The notes below the pieces were generated by a model. It worked only from the letters and a program-made list of their open reading frames with translations. It was not told where the DNA came from and made no database searches. A stretch of DNA of 64,000 nt from an uncultured Actinomycetota bacterium (GTDB lineage Bacteria; Actinomycetota; Actinomycetes; S36-B12), in assembly GCA_963749905.1 (NCBI GenBank), contig CAVVOF010000003.1, positions 908,195-972,194 of the forward strand, given 5' to 3'. Shown piece by piece: positions 11,762 through 20,374 of this stretch. The position numbers and the translations under genes were made by a program. Each line of letters begins with the position of its first letter. Positions within the stretch are counted from its first letter, which is position 1.

Positions 11762-12150
11762 CGGGCGGTGACGTGACCCGTGGCCCGAAGCGGGCCCGGC
11801 TCTACGTCACACGCGTGGACCCGTGGTCCGTCACCAAGGCCGCGTTCATGCTCGCACTCGCCATCGGCGTCGTCATCATCGTCGCGGTCGCTGCGCTGTG
11901 GTGGGTCCTGGATGTCACCGGCGTGTTCGTCGCCATCTCCCGCACCATCGACGACGTGATCGGCACCGCCACCACGGGCTTCGACCTGCTCAGCTACCTG
12001 GAGTTCTCGCGGGTGCTCGGCGTGGCGGTCGTCGTGGCATCGGTGGAGATCGTGCTGGTGTCCTTCCTGGCCACGCTCTTCACGATCATCTACAACCTCA
12101 CCGTCGGCCTGACGGGCGGCATCGAGGTCGTCTTGTCGGACGAGGCGTAG
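11758..12150 (+). CDS. DUF3566-type transmembrane protein
   Basis: [30 protein letters not shown] followed by further hydrophobic segments. 4-nt overlap with gyrA. Conserved position after gyrA. Confidence 0.7.
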   Translation: MTGGDVTRGPKRARLYVTRVDPWSVTKAAFMLALAIGVVIIVAVAALWWVLDVTGVFVAISRTIDDVIGTATTGFDLLSYLEFSRVLGVAVVVASVEIVLVSFLATLFTIIYNLTVGLTGGIEVVLSDEA

Positions 12151-12202
12151 CCGGACCCGGTTCGAGACGATCAGTCACGTCGGGTAGTCTCTGCCGTCGT
12201 TC

Positions 12203-12277
12203 GGGCCTATAGCTCAGTTTGGTTAGAGCGCTTCCCTGATAAGGAAGAGGTCGGTGGTTCAAGTCCACCTAGGCCCA
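12203..12277 (+). tRNA. tRNA-Ile (anticodon GAU)
   Basis: Cloverleaf by hand: acceptor GGGCCTA/TAGGCCC, anticodon arm CTTCC-CTGATAA-GGAAG, T arm GGTGG-TTCAAGT-CCACC, 75 nt. Confidence 0.9.
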
Positions 12278-12324
12278 CCGAATCCGTTGACCACACAGTG
12301 CTGAACGAGGGGTAGGCTCGGCCC

Positions 12325-12450
12325 ATGAAGAAGCTGCTCCTGCTCGTCCTCCTCGCCGGCATCGGCTACGTCGTGTACCGCCAGCTCTCTGCTCGCAAGG
12401 CCGAGCAGGACCTGTGGTCCGAGGTGACCGCGGAGCCGGATCTGCGCTAG
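12325..12450 (+). CDS. 41-aa small membrane protein with DLW motif
   Basis: MKKLLLLVLLAGIGYVVYRQLSARKAEQDLWSEVTAEPDLR has one TM helix. It lies between tRNA-Ile and tRNA-Ala and is below the ORF-track cutoff. It resembles what I recall being named the DLW-39 family (unverified). Confidence 0.6.
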   Translation: MKKLLLLVLLAGIGYVVYRQLSARKAEQDLWSEVTAEPDLR

Positions 12451-12466
12451 GGCCCGACTGGGCTCC

Positions 12467-12539
12467 GGGGGCTTAGCTCAGCTGGTAGAGCGCTGCCTTT
12501 GCAAGGCAGAAGTCAGGGGTTCGAGTCCCCTAGCCTCCA
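12467..12539 (+). tRNA. tRNA-Ala (anticodon UGC)
   Basis: Acceptor GGGGGCT/AGCCTCC with the G3:U70 alanine identity pair. Anticodon arm CTGCC-TTTGCAA-GGCAG. T arm AGGGG-TTCGAGT-CCCCT. 73 nt. Confidence 0.9.
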
Positions 12540-12590
12540 CGTCACTCTCGCGGGGGATCGACCTCATCGCCGTGTGCGTCGCATGACAAG

Positions 12591-13118
12591 ATGGCGGCCA
12601 TGACGACGACCGCGACCCTCCACACCAACCTCGGCGACATCAAGGTCACTCTGTTCGACCTGCAGTCACCCAAGACCGTGCGCAACTTCACCGGCTTGGC
12701 GGAAGGCACGAAGGAGTGGACCGATCCGCGGGTGCGGGCGAAGTCGACAGCGCCGCTGTACGACGGCACGATCTTCCACCGCGTCATTCCCGGGTTCATG
12801 ATCCAGGGCGGCGATCCGCTCGGCACCGGGACCGGCGGCCCCGGCTTCCGCTTCGAGGACGAGTTCCACCCCGAGCTCGCCTTCGATCGTCCGTACCTGC
12901 TGGCGATGGCCAACGCGGGGCCCAACACGAACGGGTCCCAGTTCTTCATCACGGTGGCGCCGACGACGTGGCTGAACTTCAAGCACAGCATCTTCGGCGA
13001 GGTGGCCGACCAGGAGTCCCGTGACGTGGTGGATGCGATCGCCGCGACCGAGACGGGTCCCGGTGACCGCCCTCGTCAGGACGTGGTCATCTCCTCGATC
13101 GACATCGTGCGCGACTAG
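12591..13118 (+). CDS. ppiA: Peptidyl-prolyl cis-trans isomerase (cyclophilin type)
   Basis: FHRVIPGFMIQGGDPLGTGTGGPGFRFEDEF...LLAMANAGPNTNGSQFFIT. Confidence 0.92.
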   Translation: MAAMTTTATLHTNLGDIKVTLFDLQSPKTVRNFTGLAEGTKEWTDPRVRAKSTAPLYDGTIFHRVIPGFMIQGGDPLGTGTGGPGFRFEDEFHPELAFDRPYLLAMANAGPNTNGSQFFITVAPTTWLNFKHSIFGEVADQESRDVVDAIAATETGPGDRPRQDVVISSIDIVRD

Positions 13119-13126
13119 TCATCTCG

Positions 13127-13987
13127 GTGTCGGAGCCCACACCACCGGCGCAGCCGGGACTGTCGGCCTGCTACCGGCATCCCGATCGCGGGACCGGCAT
13201 TCGCTGTAGTCGCTGCGCCCGGCCCATCTGTCCCGAGTGCATGGTGCCCGCCCCGGTCGGCTTCCAGTGCCCCGACTGCGTCGCGGGCGCGGCCGCGCAC
13301 ACGCGTCAGGCCACCACGGTGGCCGGCGGTACGCCGATCACCCGTCCCGTCGTCACCTACACGCTGATCGGTGTCACCGCCGCCATCTTCCTGATGCAGT
13401 TCGCCACTGGGATCAACGCAGCGGCCGGCGACTGGGGCATGTGGCCGGTCGGCATCGCCATCGACGGCGAGTGGTGGCGGCTGGTGACGGCCGCGTTCCT
13501 GCACGGCTCGTGGCTGCATCTGGCCTTCAACATGTACGTGCTGTTCGCCCTCGGGCCGACGCTCGAGCGGATCCTCGGGCATGGCCGCTACCTGATCCTG
13601 TACGTGCTCGCGGCCCTCGGCGGCGGGGTCGCGTCGTACGTCTTCTCGGACATCCGCACGGTGTCGGTCGGCGCGAGCGGCGCCATCTTCGGCCTGATGG
13701 GCGCCTTGATCGTGGCGGGGAGACGACTGCGCTACGACATCACTCAGGTGCTGGTGCTGCTCGGCATCAACGTGGTGATCGGCTTCATCTCCCCCGGGGT
13801 CGACTGGCGGGCGCACCTCGGTGGACTGGTCACCGGCGCGGCAGTGGCGGCGATCATGGTCTTCCCGGCACGACGGCACCGAACCGCGGTCCAGGTGTCC
13901 GGGCTCATCCTGGTGGTCCTGGTGCTCGCCGGGCTGACCGCGTGGCGCACGGACCAGATCACCGACCTGGTGTCCGCCCTCCTCTGA
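13127..13987 (+). CDS. Rhomboid family intramembrane serine protease with N-terminal Cys-rich zinc-ribbon-like segment
   Basis: CYRHPDRGTGIRCSRCARPICPECM..FQCPDC, then WRLVTAAFLHGSWLHLAFNMYVLFALG and the catalytic-type GASGAIFGLMGA. Confidence 0.85.
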   Translation: MSEPTPPAQPGLSACYRHPDRGTGIRCSRCARPICPECMVPAPVGFQCPDCVAGAAAHTRQATTVAGGTPITRPVVTYTLIGVTAAIFLMQFATGINAAAGDWGMWPVGIAIDGEWWRLVTAAFLHGSWLHLAFNMYVLFALGPTLERILGHGRYLILYVLAALGGGVASYVFSDIRTVSVGASGAIFGLMGALIVAGRRLRYDITQVLVLLGINVVIGFISPGVDWRAHLGGLVTGAAVAAIMVFPARRHRTAVQVSGLILVVLVLAGLTAWRTDQITDLVSALL

Positions 13988-14061
13988 CCATCCTTGGTGC
14001 CACCCGCAATGCCTCCGTCGAACAGGCGACACCGGGCCACTCGACGGCGCAGGATGGGGGG

Positions 14062-15222
14062 ATGAGCACCGACGCCGTCATCGTCTCCGCTGTCCGTACC
14101 CCGGTGGGTATCGGCAAGCCCGGGAAGGGCGTGCTCAGCAGCGTCCATCCCGCCGATCTGTCCGCCCTCGTCCTGCGGGAGGTGGTGTCGCGGGCCGGCG
14201 TTGCGCCCGACATGGTCGACGACGTGATCTGGGGCTGCGTCACCCAGGCCGGCGAGCAGAGCGCCAACATCGGCCGGAACGCGCTGCTCTCCGCCGGCTT
14301 CCCCGAGACCGTCACCGGGGTCACCATCGATCGGCAGTGCGGATCGAGCCAGCAGGCGGCCACTTTCGCGGCGGCCGGTGTCATCGCCGGGCATTACGAC
14401 ATGGTCATCGCCGGCGGGGTGGAGTCGATGTCGCGGGCGCCGATGTTCTCGAACATGACGGGCGGCGACGGCCCGTTCCCGGCGAGCATGCAGGAGCGCT
14501 ACGACCACGGGCTGGTCAACCAGGGCATCAGTGCGGAGATGATCGCGGAGCGGTGGAACCTGTCCCGCACCTACCTCGACGAACTGGCTGCGGCCTCGCA
14601 CGAGCGGGCGGCGAACGCCCAAGACGGGGGACTCTTCGACGACGAGATCGTCGTGGTCGAGACCGCGGACGGCCCCGTCAGCCAGGACCAGGGCATCCGT
14701 CGGGGAACGACCGTAGAGACGCTGGCCGGACTGCCGACCCCGTTCCAGGCGGACGGGCGGATCACCGCGGGGAACGCCTCCCAGATCTCCGACGGTGCCG
14801 CGGCCGTGCTCATCACCAGTTCCGAGCGGGCGGCGGAGCTCGGGCTGCGGCCGCTGGCACGGATCCACAGCGTCGCCATGGCCGGTGTCGACCCGGTGAT
14901 CATGCTCACCGGTCCGATTCCGGCGACGGAGAAGGTCCTGCGCCGATCCGGACTGCGGCTGGACCAGATCGGAGCCTTCGAGGTCAACGAGGCGTTCGCC
15001 TCGGTGCTCGGTGCCTGGTACGCAGACACTGGCGCGAGCCCGGAGCTCACCAATGCGCGAGGCGGGGCGATCGCACTCGGGCACCCGCTGGGCGGATCCG
15101 GGGCGCGGCTGCTCACCACCCTCGTCCACCGGATGCGTCAGGACGGCATCCGCTACGGCCTGCAGACCATGTGCGAGGGCGGCGGGATGGCCAACGCGAC
15201 CATTCTGGAACTGGTCGACTAG
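14062..15222 (+). CDS. Acetyl-CoA acetyltransferase (thiolase)
   Basis: ATG 14062 is in frame within the 13237..15222 ORF. MSTDAVIVSAVRTPVG, DRQCGSSQQA (acyl-Cys), NEAFASV, GHPLGGSGARL, CEGGGMANA. Confidence 0.9.
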   Translation: MSTDAVIVSAVRTPVGIGKPGKGVLSSVHPADLSALVLREVVSRAGVAPDMVDDVIWGCVTQAGEQSANIGRNALLSAGFPETVTGVTIDRQCGSSQQAATFAAAGVIAGHYDMVIAGGVESMSRAPMFSNMTGGDGPFPASMQERYDHGLVNQGISAEMIAERWNLSRTYLDELAAASHERAANAQDGGLFDDEIVVVETADGPVSQDQGIRRGTTVETLAGLPTPFQADGRITAGNASQISDGAAAVLITSSERAAELGLRPLARIHSVAMAGVDPVIMLTGPIPATEKVLRRSGLRLDQIGAFEVNEAFASVLGAWYADTGASPELTNARGGAIALGHPLGGSGARLLTTLVHRMRQDGIRYGLQTMCEGGGMANATILELVD

Positions 15223-15239
15223 GAGTTGTCCACAGGCTT

Positions 15240-15255
15240 ATCCCCAGCTGGGGAT
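15240..15255. terminator. 16-bp perfect palindrome between convergent thiolase and crgA
   Basis: ATCCCCAGCTGGGGAT is its own reverse complement. It lies between the two stop codons (15222 and 15288). Confidence 0.4.
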
Positions 15256-15287
15256 GAATGACAGCGGTGTAAGACCGCAGCGGGGAG

Positions 15288-15554
15288 CTACTTCCAGCGG
15301 GTGGCGAGGAAGAAGCCGACGGCGATGAAGGCGAACCCGATGAGCACGTTCACGAGGGCACTGAGGTCCTGCATGATCGGGATCTGCGACCCGGCGATGT
15401 AGAAGACCACGATGTAGGTCAGGCCGATGACGAACATCGCCACCATCGTGGGCGCAAGCCACGAAGGGGAGCCGATACGGGCAACCTTGCGCTCACCCTT
15501 GGTGGTGGGCGGCGGGGTGTAGACGGCCTTCTTTCGGCCCTTCGACTCCGGCAC
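15288..15554 (-). CDS. crgA: Cell division protein CrgA
   Basis: GTG at 15554 preceded by GAGGAG. VPESKGRKKAVYTPPPTTKGERKVARIGSPSWLAPTMVAMFVIGLTYIVVFYIAG...FFLATRWK, two TM helices, 88 aa. Confidence 0.82.
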   Translation of the reverse strand: MPESKGRKKAVYTPPPTTKGERKVARIGSPSWLAPTMVAMFVIGLTYIVVFYIAGSQIPIMQDLSALVNVLIGFAFIAVGFFLATRWK

Positions 15555-15620
15555 GGTGCTCCTCTCGCGGTTCTGTTCGTCACAGCCTGCCACATCACGG
15601 CGAACGCGCCGACGGTTACC

Positions 15621-16382
15621 GTGGTGCACATGCGTCGCCCGAGCATCCCGCTGACCCGGTTGCGGCCGGCGGTCGTGATCGCCGGGCTGGCCGCGGTCGC
15701 CGCCGGCCTGATGTTCGCCGCGGCCGCCTCGACGAGCCAGGGGACCGACCTCCGGGCGGAGCGAGCGGTCGAACTGCGGGATCTGGTCCGCGAGCGCGCG
15801 ACCCGGGTGGACAACCTCGAGGAGTCGGTCGCGGCGCTCCAGCGGCAGGTCGACGACCTCACTGCGGGGCGGGTCGGTGACCCGGCCGCGATCGCGGCGC
15901 GCACCGGGATCCAGGCCCTGCAGGCCACCGCAGGCACCACTGAGCTCACCGGACGCTCGCTCACGGTGACCCTGGACGACGCCCCGCTGCGTGAACCGGA
16001 CGACCCGATGTGGCAGACCCTCACGCCTGATGACGTGATCGTCCACCAGGAGGACGTGCAGGCGGTCGTCAACTCGCTGTGGAGAGGCGGGGCGAAGGGC
16101 ATCCAGGTCATGGACCAGCGGCTCATTGCCACGAGCTCCATCCAGTGCGTGGGCAACACCCTGCTGCTGCAGGGCCGGGTGTACTCGCCGCCGTACGTGA
16201 TCACCGCCATCGGTCCCGTCAAGAAGATGCGCGCCAGTCTGCGTGACGACCCGATCGTCGCGGCGTATCGCGACTGGGCTGGTGCCGTGGGTCTCGGCTA
16301 CGACCTCAAGCGCAAGCAGAGCACGACGATTCCGGGCTTCGAGGGGCCGATCGCCATGGACTTCGCGACTCCGGGAGAATGA
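15621..16382 (+). CDS. DUF881 domain-containing membrane-anchored protein
   Basis: N-terminal TM, coiled region, then LTGRSLTVTLDD...DVQAVVNSLWRGGAKGIQVMDQRLIATSSIQCVGNTLLLQGRVYSPPYVITAIG. Start may be ATG 15630. Confidence 0.7.
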   Translation: MVHMRRPSIPLTRLRPAVVIAGLAAVAAGLMFAAAASTSQGTDLRAERAVELRDLVRERATRVDNLEESVAALQRQVDDLTAGRVGDPAAIAARTGIQALQATAGTTELTGRSLTVTLDDAPLREPDDPMWQTLTPDDVIVHQEDVQAVVNSLWRGGAKGIQVMDQRLIATSSIQCVGNTLLLQGRVYSPPYVITAIGPVKKMRASLRDDPIVAAYRDWAGAVGLGYDLKRKQSTTIPGFEGPIAMDFATPGE

Positions 16383-16386
16383 GCCC

Positions 16387-17004
16387 GTGGTGCGCATCCT
16401 CGTCGTCGACAACTACGACTCGTTCGTCTTCAATCTGGTCCAGTACCTCGCCCAGCTCGGCGCCGAGGTAGACGTGCGGCGCAACGACGAGGTGACCCCG
16501 GACGAAGCCCGTGGGTACGACGGCGTCCTGCTGAGCCCCGGCCCGGGAACGCCCGAGGACGCCGGGGTGTGCATGGACATCGTGCGGGAGTGCGCCGGCG
16601 ACGTGCCCATCTTCGGCGTCTGTCTCGGGCATCAGGCGATCGCGGCGGCCTTCGGCGCGACCGTGGGACGCGCACCCGAACTGCTGCACGGCAAGACATC
16701 CGAGGTCTTCCACCAGGACGCCGGTGTACTCGTGGGCCTGCCCTCGCCGTTCACGGCCACGCGGTACCACTCGCTCGCAGTGCAGCCGGCGAGCGTGCCG
16801 GCGGAGCTGGAGGTCACCGGGTCCACGTCCGGCGGCATCATCATGGCGCTGCGACACCGGAGCCTGCCCGTCGAGGGCGTGCAGTTCCATCCGGAGTCGG
16901 TGCTCACCGAGGGCGGGCACGCCATGCTGGCCAACTGGCTGGCGGAGTGCGGCGATCCCGAGGCGCGGGAGCGCGCGACGCACTTGGCCCCCGTCGTCGG
17001 CTGA
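16387..17004 (+). CDS. pabA: Anthranilate/aminodeoxychorismate synthase component II (glutamine amidotransferase)
   Basis: VVRILVVDNYDSFVFNLVQYLAQLG, GVLLSPGPGTPEDAG, PIFGVCLGHQAI (catalytic Cys), GVQFHPESVLTEGG. Confidence 0.87.
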   Translation: MVRILVVDNYDSFVFNLVQYLAQLGAEVDVRRNDEVTPDEARGYDGVLLSPGPGTPEDAGVCMDIVRECAGDVPIFGVCLGHQAIAAAFGATVGRAPELLHGKTSEVFHQDAGVLVGLPSPFTATRYHSLAVQPASVPAELEVTGSTSGGIIMALRHRSLPVEGVQFHPESVLTEGGHAMLANWLAECGDPEARERATHLAPVVG

Positions 17005-17096
17005 CACGTTTGTCCCGGCTACCGGGACGCATCCGCGATCCGGGCCTCGAAAGTGCCCCGGATCGCCGATCTCGCCCGGCTACCGGGACAAACGTG
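17005..17096. terminator. Nested palindromic structure between convergent pabA and pknB
   Basis: Outer 14-bp perfect stem CACGTTTGTCCCGG (17005..17018) / CCGGGACAAACGTG (17083..17096). Inner 10-bp stem GCGATCCGGG (17035..17044) / CCCGGATCGC (17057..17066). Confidence 0.45.
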
Positions 17097-17104
17097 GGCG
17101 GACG

Positions 17105-18901
17105 TCAGCCGCTGGGACCGAACTCACTGGGCACCGGCTCCTCGGTCGGGACCGGCTCCTCCGTCGGGACCGGCTCCTCGGTCGGCTCGGGCGTGGGCTC
17201 CTGGGTCGGCGTGGGCTGCGGCGGCGCGTTCGCGACCGTGATGGTCACCACCGAACCGCGGGGCAGCAGCTCGCCACCCTTCGGGGACTGCGCAAGCACA
17301 GTGCCCGACGCCACGGAGAAGTCGTCGATGTCCACCACCTGGACGTCGAAGCCCTGCTGTGCCAAGTCGCTGCGCGCCTGCGCCTCGGTCGACCCGACCA
17401 CGTCCGGCACCTTGATCAGCCCGGACGAGACGGTGATGTCGACGGTGGAGCCGGCATCGAGCTGCGTGCCCTCCTCCGGATCCTGCGCGAGGACGTAGCC
17501 GGCCGGCTGCGCGGAGTTCCGCTCCTTGATGCCGCCCAGTTGCAGTCCGGCGTCCTCCAGCGCGATCCGGGCCGCCTCCACGGAGGTCAGGGCGATCAGC
17601 TGCGGAACCGTCACCTGCTCGAGCCCGGACGAGACCGTCACATTCACCGACTGCCCCTGCTCGATGGCCTCGCCGGCGGCCGGCTGCTGGGCGGTGATCG
17701 TCCCGACAGGCCGGTCCGACACCTCCGGCGTCTGCGCGCCTAGGCGTAGCTCGTACTCCTCGAGGGTGACCGTGGCCTGCTCGACGGTCAGCCCCTCCAG
17801 GCTGGGCACCTGCACCTGAGTGGCCGACGTGTCCCCGAACACGAACCGGCCGATGAGCAGTGCACCGATGACGGCAGCGGTGATGCCGACGAGGGTCAGC
17901 GCCCAGAATCCGAAGCTGCGGCGCCGCCGTGGGCGCTCGAGGTCGTACATCGGCTCATACGCAGCGGCCGCCTGCACCGGAGGCATCATCTGCGTCCGGT
18001 CGCCAGAAACCATGGGCACGGCGGCGGTCACGGGTGAGCCCGCGATGGCGCGCTCCACGTCCGCGCGGAAGTCGGCGGCGGTCTGGTACCGCTCGTCGGT
18101 CCGCTTGGCGAGTGCCTGCAGCACGACTGCGTCGACCTCCGCGGTGACGCCCGCGTCCACCTGCGACGGCGGCACCGGCATCTCACTGACGTGCTGGTAG
18201 GCGATGGAGACGGGGGAGTCGCCCGTGAACGGCGGCCGTCCGGTGAGCAGTTCGTAGAGCAGTACACCGGTGCTGTAGAGGTCGCTGCGGGCATCGACCA
18301 CTTCGCCGCGGGCCTGCTCGGGCGACAGGTACTGAGCGGTCCCCATGACGGCTGAGGTCGCCGTCATGGTGCTGCCGGCGTCGTTGACGGCCCGCGCGAT
18401 GCCGAAGTCCATGACCTTCACGTCACCGGTGCGGGTGAGCATCACGTTGGCGGGCTTGATGTCGCGATGGACGATGCCGTGCCGGTGGGCGTAGTCCAGC
18501 GCCGAGAGGATCCCCGAGGTGATCTCGAGGGCACGCTCGGGCAGCAGGCGGCGGCCACTGGCCAGCAACTGGCGAAGGGTCATGCCGTCGACGTACTCCA
18601 TGACGATGTAGGGCACGGTGATGCGAGTGCCGTTGTCGCCCGACAGCACGTCCTCGCCGGTGTCGTAGACGGCGACGATGTTCGGATGGTTCAGAGCAGC
18701 CGCGGACTGGGCCTCGCGACGGAAGCGTGCCTGGAAGGTCGGGTCCTTGGCCAGGTCGGGGCGCAGGATCTTGACGGCGACGCGACGGCCGAGTCTGAGG
18801 TCACGTCCTTCGTGCACTTCCGCCATGCCACCGCGACCGATGACATCGCCGATCTGGTAGCGGTCGCCGAGCATGCGGGAGGCGCCGGGGTCGGTCGTCA
18901 T
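17105..18901 (-). CDS. pknB: Ser/Thr protein kinase PknB with three PASTA domains and a Pro/Glu/Thr repeat tail
   Basis: GRGGMAEVHEGRD..VAVKIL, HRDIKPANVML, DFGIA, one TM, three PASTA-like repeats. C-terminal TEEPVP x3. Confidence 0.95.
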   Translation of the reverse strand: MTTDPGASRMLGDRYQIGDVIGRGGMAEVHEGRDLRLGRRVAVKILRPDLAKDPTFQARFRREAQSAAALNHPNIVAVYDTGEDVLSGDNGTRITVPYIVMEYVDGMTLRQLLASGRRLLPERALEITSGILSALDYAHRHGIVHRDIKPANVMLTRTGDVKVMDFGIARAVNDAGSTMTATSAVMGTAQYLSPEQARGEVVDARSDLYSTGVLLYELLTGRPPFTGDSPVSIAYQHVSEMPVPPSQVDAGVTAEVDAVVLQALAKRTDERYQTAADFRADVERAIAGSPVTAAVPMVSGDRTQMMPPVQAAAAYEPMYDLERPRRRRSFGFWALTLVGITAAVIGALLIGRFVFGDTSATQVQVPSLEGLTVEQATVTLEEYELRLGAQTPEVSDRPVGTITAQQPAAGEAIEQGQSVNVTVSSGLEQVTVPQLIALTSVEAARIALEDAGLQLGGIKERNSAQPAGYVLAQDPEEGTQLDAGSTVDITVSSGLIKVPDVVGSTEAQARSDLAQQGFDVQVVDIDDFSVASGTVLAQSPKGGELLPRGSVVTITVANAPPQPTPTQEPTPEPTEEPVPTEEPVPTEEPVPSEFGPSG

Positions 18902-18931
18902 GTGCTCATACTCTCAGTTGGCTCGGTCATC

Positions 18932-20374
18932 TCATCGCAGCACGGCTTCGATCACGGACTTTGCGATCGGCGCCGCGAGCTGGTTGCCGCTGACCTCCGG
19001 GGCGCCGGCATCCTCGACCACGACGGCCACCGCGACCTCCGGGTTCTGCGCTGGGGCGAAGGCGATGAACCACGCCACCGCGGGGTTCTCGTTTCCGGTC
19101 TGCGCGGTGCCGGTCTTCCCTGCGACCCGTACGCCCGGGATCCGGGCGTTGCTGCCGGTGCCGTTGTCGACGACGTTGACCATCATCTCGGTCAGCTGCG
19201 CGGCATACGCGGGGTCGAGGGCCATCTCGAACTGGGTGGGCTCTGCAGTCTGCAGGATGGCGAGGTCCGGGCCGCGGATCTCCTGGACCAGGTATGGGTT
19301 CATGGTCTCGCCGTTGTTGCCGACCGTCGCGGCCACCATGGCCATCTGAAGCGCAGTCGCCCGCACGTCGAACTGGCCGATGGCTGACATGGCCGTCTGC
19401 GGCGCGTCGGGCTCTGCGGGGAACCGCGAGGTCGCCGCGCGCAGCGGGATCTCGAACCGCGTGTCGAAGCCCATCAGCTGGGCCTGGTCACGCAGGGCGT
19501 CGTCACCGAGCTGGTTGCCAAGCCACGCGAACGCGGTGTTGCACGACACCGCTAGCGCGTCGCGGAGAGTCACCAGCCCGTCTTCGCTGCACGCCTGCCC
19601 GTTCCAGTTGCGGATCTTCCGGGACGAGTCTGGCAACTGGTAGGTCCGAGGACCGGGCAGGACAGAGTCCGGGGTGTACCGGCCGGACGCGAGAGCCGCG
19701 GCGGCGGTGACGACCTTGAAGGTGGAGCCCGGTGGGTTCAGCGAGACGATCGGCCGGTTGAGGAGCGGCTTGGCTGGGTCGGCCTCGAGGCTCTCGTAGT
19801 AGGCGCGGATGGCGGATGGTGCGTGACTGGACAGCTTGTTCGGGTCGAATGACGGCGACTGAACGCTGGCGAGGATCCGGCCGGTAGCGGGCTCGATGGC
19901 GACCACGGACCCCTTCTTGCCCTTCAGGCCGTTGAAGGCGGCGCGCTGGGCTCGGGCGTTGATCGTGGTGCTGACGGCGCCACCGCGCGGCTCGAGTCCG
20001 GCGAAGAGCTGCTCGGCCCGGTCGACCACGAACAGCGGCGACTTCCCCGTCAGTACACGGTTCTCGGTGCGCTCGAGCCCCGTCGCGCCGTAGACCAGCG
20101 AGTAGAACCCGGTGACGGGTGCGTAGAGCGGGCCGTTCGAGTAGACACGCAGGAAGTTGAGCGTGTTGCCCGTCTCCTTCGAGCGGGCCACCGGATCAGG
20201 TCCGACCAGGATGGGGCCACGTTCGCGGTTGTACTCCTCGAGCAGCAGTCGCTGGTTGCCGGGACGATCGCGGTAGTCGCGTGCGAGGACCACCTGGATC
20301 ACGGTGACGTTGACCAGGAGCGCGACGAGCAGCAGCCCGAGAACGAGGGCGATGCGACGGATCGGCCGGCTCAT
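18932..20374 (-). CDS. pbpA: Penicillin-binding protein A (class B transpeptidase)
   Basis: STFK (SxxK), SCN (SxN) and KTGT motifs. N-terminal TM anchor. Confidence 0.9.
   Translation of the reverse strand: MSRPIRRIALVLGLLLVALLVNVTVIQVVLARDYRDRPGNQRLLLEEYNRERGPILVGPDPVARSKETGNTLNFLRVYSNGPLYAPVTGFYSLVYGATGLERTENRVLTGKSPLFVVDRAEQLFAGLEPRGGAVSTTINARAQRAAFNGLKGKKGSVVAIEPATGRILASVQSPSFDPNKLSSHAPSAIRAYYESLEADPAKPLLNRPIVSLNPPGSTFKVVTAAAALASGRYTPDSVLPGPRTYQLPDSSRKIRNWNGQACSEDGLVTLRDALAVSCNTAFAWLGNQLGDDALRDQAQLMGFDTRFEIPLRAATSRFPAEPDAPQTAMSAIGQFDVRATALQMAMVAATVGNNGETMNPYLVQEIRGPDLAILQTAEPTQFEMALDPAYAAQLTEMMVNVVDNGTGSNARIPGVRVAGKTGTAQTGNENPAVAWFIAFAPAQNPEVAVAVVVEDAGAPEVSGNQLAAPIAKSVIEAVLR

Noticed and set aside
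13237-14061. The upstream 275 codons of the 661-aa ORF 13237..15222, read as part of the thiolase.
   Set aside because: That part is an alternative frame of the rhomboid gene (Arg/Pro/Gly-rich). Thiolase similarity begins at ATG 14062, which has a G-rich RBS.
17129-17182. 18-nt tandem repeat x3 (and a similar 18-nt x2 repeat at 139..174), considered as possible CRISPR or VNTR arrays.
   Set aside because: Both are in-frame coding low-complexity repeats (TEEPVP in the PknB tail, DESAQT in Jag). There are no spacers and no CRISPR-like architecture anywhere in the window.
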